Origin: Chiloscyllium plagiosum
Taxonomy: Eukaryota
Reading direction: 5' to 3'
Length of the DNA stretch: 64,000 bases
Assembly (NCBI RefSeq): GCF_004010195.1
Contig: NC_057719.1
Location: 30,065,853-30,129,852, forward strand
The position numbers and the translations under genes were made by a program. Below are positions 60,601 through 64,000 of this stretch, in pieces. How positions within the stretch are numbered: position 1 is the stretch's first letter; each line of letters begins with the position of its first letter. The notes beneath the pieces are model-generated. The model was not told the origin of the DNA and made no database searches. It saw only the letters and a list, made by a program, of their open reading frames with translations.

Positions 60601-62306
60601 ACTGTTGGAATATTGCGTCTTTTCCCTGGGGTCGGGGAGTCCAGAACTAGAGGGAATAGGTTTAGGGTGAGAGGGGAAAGATAATAAAAAGAGACCTAAG
60701 GGGCAACTCTTTCACAGAGGGTGGTACGTGTATGGAGTGAGCTGCCAGAAGAAGTGTGGAGGCTGGTACAATTGCAATATTTAAGAGGCATTTGGATGGG
60801 TATATGAATAGGAAGAGTTTGGAGAGATATGGGCTGGGTGCTGGCAGGTGGGACTAGATTGGGTTAGGATATCTGGTTGGCATGGACGGGTTGGACCGAA
60901 GGGTCGGTTTCTGTGCTGTACATCTCTATGACTCTATGATCAAATATTTTTTATATAGAATATGCAGTAGAAAAACAATTCAGCCCAAATAGAAATGCCT
61001 TCATTTATGCTTCACACAATCTCCTTACTACCCGCATAATCTTCTATTCTCTTCTACATCATGCTTGTCTAGCTTCCCTGTGGGTACATCTATGACTTGT
61101 TTCAACCACTTCTCGTAATAGCGAGTTCCACATTCTCACTACTGTTGGGTAAAGAAGTTCTTTTGATGTTTCCCACTAGAATGCTCTTATGTTGATGACC
61201 TCTAGTTATGCTCTTTTCTACAATCAAACATTTCATAAATTTTAACAACACCTCAAGATTTTCAAGAGAAAAGAGATCCAGTTTCTTAATCCATTTGCCT
61301 CCTTGACTTCTGGAGGTATTCTGGATCCCAACTAAACAGAACTGAATGACAGGAGGCCACTGCTGAATCGGAGAGAACAGTCTCAAGATAAATAGTGAAA
61401 ATGTGATAGAGAGGCAACTGTGATCATAAAAATGGGAGTGGATCCTGATGGGAAGGCTAGTGATTTCCACATGGGTCCTAGAACAGTCATGCTCCTTCTG
61501 GTTCACAAGATCTACATACTTATCTTATTATGTCCATTTTGGCATCAATCCTGCTTACCACCAAGTTTCTCTGGTGCTTTGGCACTGACTTAGACATGTA
61601 TGACAGATTTGAAATTATAATGAAGTTCTATTTGCAACACATGTGCTATCCTTTGAGTATCTTGAGATCCTTGTCAGTTTGTGGCAATCACTCCCCCCAC
61701 CTCCAAAACACCACGAGTTAAGGTGCCTGTTAGGATATCTTAAGTCGTGGTTCTGTGGAAGGGAAAACTAAAAAAAACGAGTAAAACTCAACATAAAGCA
61801 AGCACAAATTATGTCAATATTGAAAACTATAAAAATTCCAAAATCTTTAAAACGGGTTTTGCACTAAATTTACACGTGAAATTGTGCAGTTGTGGTGGAC
61901 TTAGTCTAGAATTCCTAGGCCTATACAGTATGTAGAATTTGGCACAAACCTTAGCTAAATTTGGTTTTCCAGCATATTTGGTTAAATTTAATCTGGATAA
62001 ATTAATAAATGGTCCATCAGGACTGGTAAGCATGGAAGCCTGAAGGAAGATGAGAAAAAAAAATTATTGTAACTCCAACAGAAAATGACTACAAATTGAT
62101 AACTATCTAAAAAGAATTTTAAAAACTACACTTCTTCAAAATTTACCGTCCCCAGCCGAACAAATCTTCCAGAAGCACATGTTACTGGGCGGGCAGTGTA
62201 AGCCGTTCTAGGGGTCTTGATAGCTTGCTCCATGGTGCCAGGTCGGCCAGACTGGGTGCCTGGTCTAACAAACCCAGTGATGGGTCTTCCTGATTGAGAC
62301 ACAGGT
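42509..62306 (-). CDS. TTC8: Tetratricopeptide repeat protein 8 (BBS8, BBSome subunit), 3' part: 11 coding exons; 5' exons outside the window
   Basis: Manual translation gives one frame across GT-AG exons of 160, 90, 45, 86, 88, 111, 140, 175, 123, 84 and 117 nt. It runs from PVSQSGRPITGFVRPGTQSGRPGTMEQAIKTPRTAYTARP to HVDTQQLIKQLQQHFAML*, matching vertebrate TTC8 as I recall it. Confidence 0.98.
43420..44440. mobile_element. Two old CR1 fragments (- then +) in the last TTC8 intron
   Basis: Peptides KDILVLKAVQRKFVRLI and LGKLGLFPLEKRTLRGDWIE. Confidence 0.75.
43585..43677. repeat. Two adjacent AT-rich palindromes
   Basis: 13-bp arms at 43585-43597/43610-43622; 26-bp perfect arms at 43621-43646/43652-43677. 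Confidence 0.9.
44453..44536 (-). CDS. TTC8: TTC8 coding exon (84 nt)
   Basis: ttttag|GCT ... GAT AAG|gtaacc; ARGFLQTAAALAPHMYEPHYNFAALSDK. Confidence 0.97.
44633..44755 (-). CDS. TTC8: TTC8 coding exon (123 nt)
   Basis: ttttag|GGA ... GAA CAG|gtgagt; GIGDMNLAYQCFKLALANNNDHAEAYNNLAVLEVHKGHYEQ. Confidence 0.97.
44865..46850 (-). mobile_element. CR1 LINE 5'-half remnant (ORF1 end, APE domain)
   Basis: Peptides GVALLIRDSIT, DLVLDNGPGQV..DSDH and EVLNEYFASVFT. Confidence 0.85.
46024..46333 (+). mobile_element. HE1-type V-SINE (young)
   Basis: Full-length, CpG-rich. Confidence 0.92.
46855..49350 (-). mobile_element. CR1 LINE remnant
   Basis: Peptides KGLSYEEQ..FRRMR, KFADD (47658-47672) and SDHNMIEFTLQF. 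Confidence 0.85.
48617..48930 (-). mobile_element. HE1-type V-SINE (young)
   Basis: Reverse complement of the full SINE. Confidence 0.92.
52366..52540 (-). CDS. TTC8: TTC8 coding exon (175 nt)
   Basis: ctacag|G CGA ... GCA GTG|gtatgt; RLLQMGVYNCQLFNNLGLCCFYAQQYDMTLSSFQRALALAVNDEEVADVWYNLGHVAV. Confidence 0.97.
53495..53634 (-). CDS. TTC8: TTC8 coding exon (140 nt)
   Basis: taacag|GAA ... TAT AG|gtgaga; EMNNMVSATEYYKNVLKQDNTNVEAIACIGSNHFYSDQPEIALRFYR. Confidence 0.97.
53748..53858 (-). CDS. TTC8: TTC8 coding exon (111 nt)
   Basis: gaatag|GTC ... TAC AAT|gtatgt; VYIRLDQPLTALSLYKQGLDCFPAEVTLLTGIARIYN. Confidence 0.96.
54235..56385 (+). mobile_element. Penelope-like element with inverted 5' segment
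   Basis: Plus-strand RT motifs LTLNNFAFN..IKGVAMSTRMGP, CIDD and FLDI from ~55060; GIY-YIG region; pLTR at 56281-56385; minus-oriented 3'-end copy at 54235-55035. Confidence 0.85.
54277..54613 (-). mobile_element. HE1-type SINE inserted in the inverted pLTR
   Basis: Reverse complement of the SINE body; head slightly truncated. Confidence 0.85.
56722..56809 (-). CDS. TTC8: TTC8 coding exon (88 nt)
   Basis: caaaag|G TTG ... GCA AAG|gtaagc; LGLYREAEKQFKSAFKQQEMVDTVLYLAK. Confidence 0.96.
57400..57750 (+). mobile_element. CR1 3' fragment
   Basis: ttcttctcccagagggtggtgaatctc...gaatggcctactcctgttcct. Confidence 0.8.
58142..58227 (-). CDS. TTC8: TTC8 coding exon (86 nt)
   Basis: taacag|GCT ... 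TAC AG|gtaaac; ALDLAALATEHSQYKDWWWKVQIGKCYYR. Confidence 0.97.
58815..58955 (+). mobile_element. LINE 3' tail related to the family-B SINE tail
   Basis: gcaattagtgatgggaactagatgct...ccagtgatgcc resembles the SINE tail at 40480-40535. Confidence 0.5.
59660..59704 (-). CDS. TTC8: TTC8 coding exon (45 nt)
   Basis: ttttcag|GCA ... AAA ACT|gtaagt; ALFEYIFHHENDVKT. Confidence 0.97.
60375..60938 (+). mobile_element. CR1/HER1-like 3' fragment with internal deletion
   Basis: Colinear with 21985-22765 but lacks ~22225-22435. Confidence 0.88.
61950..62039 (-). CDS. TTC8: TTC8 coding exon (90 nt)
   Basis: ccttcag|GCT ... GCT AAG|gtttgt; ASMLTSPDGPFINLSRLNLTKYAGKPNLAK. Confidence 0.97.
62147..62306 (-). 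CDS. TTC8: TTC8 coding exon (160 nt)
   Basis: aaatag|A CCT GTG ... CTG GGG ACG|gtaaat; encodes PVSQSGRPITGFVRPGTQSGRPGTMEQAIKTPRTAYTARPVTCASGRFVRLGT. Confidence 0.97.
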
Positions 62307-62501
62307 CTATTTAAAAGAAAATATTTTGAACAGAAACACAGGAAGAAAACAAGTATTAATTAATTACAACTTGAAACATGTAATAATGAAAATTAGTTGT
62401 TGGTTTGCAGATTCAACTTAGTTTTTGACGTCTTTTTAAAACAAAATTTGTCAGGGGAATTAATTTGTCAGAGGAAACTTAGCTTCACTTGTTGACGCAG
62501 A

Positions 62502-62931
62502 GTAACTTGACATTTAAACAGAAGGACCAAAAATGTCTAATTTGCTAATTCCACACATCCCTTTTTTTTACATTTCATTTATCAGAAGCAATCTTAACCA
62601 TATTACTGGTTATTACATTATTGGTGGTGGGTCTGCTGGAGATTAGATCAGAAATTTCCTGATGAAGGCCTTTTGCCCGAAATGTCGATTTTCCTACTCC
62701 TCAGATGCTGCCTTACCTGCTGTGCTTTTCCAGCACCACTCTACTCTTGACTGATTACAGTATTGGATCCACATGTGTTCACTGAAGATCTAACCAATGG
62801 AACCACCTATTGCAAGGCTTAACATCACTGACATTGGGTCAGTTGAGTGTAACTTGACATTTAAACAGAAGGACCAAAAATGTCTAATTTGCTAATTCCA
62901 CACATCCCGTTTTTTTACATTTCATTTATCA
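62502..62931 (+). repeat. 83-bp direct repeat pair
   Basis: 62502-62584 and 62849-62931 differ at one position. Confidence 0.92.
62655..62752 (+). mobile_element. Solo Penelope pLTR with hammerhead-like core in a TTC8 intron
   Basis: CTGATGA(62659)AGGCC-tttt-GCCC GAAATGTC GATTTTCC...CAGCACCACTCTA. Confidence 0.8.
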
Positions 62932-64000
62932 CATTATTCAATGCTATGTCTACCTGATCTATCTTGACAAATAGCAAATAAAAATAGTTATTCAATATTT
63001 CTGCCATCCTTCCATTGTTACCCGACACATTATTACCCCTATCCTCAATGGTTCTACTCCCGACATAGCCCTTCTTTATTTAAAAGAAATGTGTGCAAAA
63101 TATTTTACTAGTTTATTATAAGATCCTTGAAAATTTAATTTCATAGTCCCAGCCCCCAAGTGATGTAGACATTGGGTCAGTTGAGAAAATAGAATGGAAC
63201 TGGCAGAAATTAAATTGTCAATTTTTAGAATAAAATGGTCTGATTCCCCAGCCAAGTTCTGAACAGCAGGGAAGAACCTCATTAGGGAGTGGCAAGAGGC
63301 CTATGCACATGCAATTATTACCTTACCTCACCTCACCGATATGCAGTTTCCTAGTCACATACCCAAACAATTCCTGACACAAACGTCAGAACGGATGCCT
63401 GGTGTGTACAGACCACTGCTTACTCCTCCAGGCCTCCACCTTGGATAGCAGTTACCAATATCTCAGGGCACAATCGATAGTTAATGCCTACACCCCTCAT
63501 CGACAGTGATTAGCATTGGACACATACCAGACTCACTACACCCCCACGGTACATTTCTGACCCAGTTTTGCATTTGAGTGCACCAGCATTTATCATTGTG
63601 TTTCTGCCAGGAGACTTTGTGCACAAGGAAAGGACCCATTTCATCTATTTGATCAGGATGTACTTCAGGATTCCTCACTTGCTCTCTTAAATGTTAACTC
63701 ACTTTGCACCTACTTTGTTGCTCACAGCATCTCTGCCTTGTCTTATTTTGCACTTTTCACCTTTGTAGTTATGTTTTCTTTTCATGTCTGAGCATACGCA
63801 CTCAACTTGTGAACAATGAGAGGCCCTGCAAACACTAACTGCTTTAATCAGGCATTTTCATGATACAAGTTGAAGTTATTTATGATAACACTCTGCATAT
63901 GAAATGCATACAGTGATAAATCACATGGGATACACATTCTGGTCAGAAGCAATCTTGATCATATCACTGGTTATGATCTGGCTACTTCCAAGGATCCACG

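Noticed and set aside
62307..64000. Upstream TTC8 exon (RPGTSLK...GPSQAVR)
   Set aside because: No matching peptide found on the minus strand; presumably beyond the window.

Overview
Repeat-rich vertebrate genomic DNA, almost certainly from a shark. The basis is the HE1-type V-SINEs, CR1/HER1-like LINEs and abundant Penelope-like elements; an orectolobiform such as a bamboo or epaulette shark is only a guess. The right third carries 11 coding exons of TTC8/BBS8 on the minus strand (62306 down to the stop at 42509), all with GT-AG boundaries and one continuous frame. The 5' exons lie beyond the window. The left ~42 kb is the TTC8 downstream region, filled with nested transposons: CR1 LINEs (one near full-length with an esterase-type ORF1), a Tx1/L1 fragment with a 17-bp target-site duplication (TSD), Penelope remnants, PIF/Harbinger Myb-like remnants, a Gypsy gag remnant and several SINE families. 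The most notable signal is a set of Penelope pseudo-LTRs (pLTRs) carrying minimal hammerhead ribozyme cores (CTGANGA-stem-GAAACGTC). One young TSD-flanked composite insertion at 24146-24511 has inverted arms, a tandem hammerhead pair and a 76-bp copy of nearby genomic DNA. Similar architectures recur near 16.3 kb and 62.7 kb. Repeat boundaries are approximate and read by eye; exon boundaries were checked base by base.
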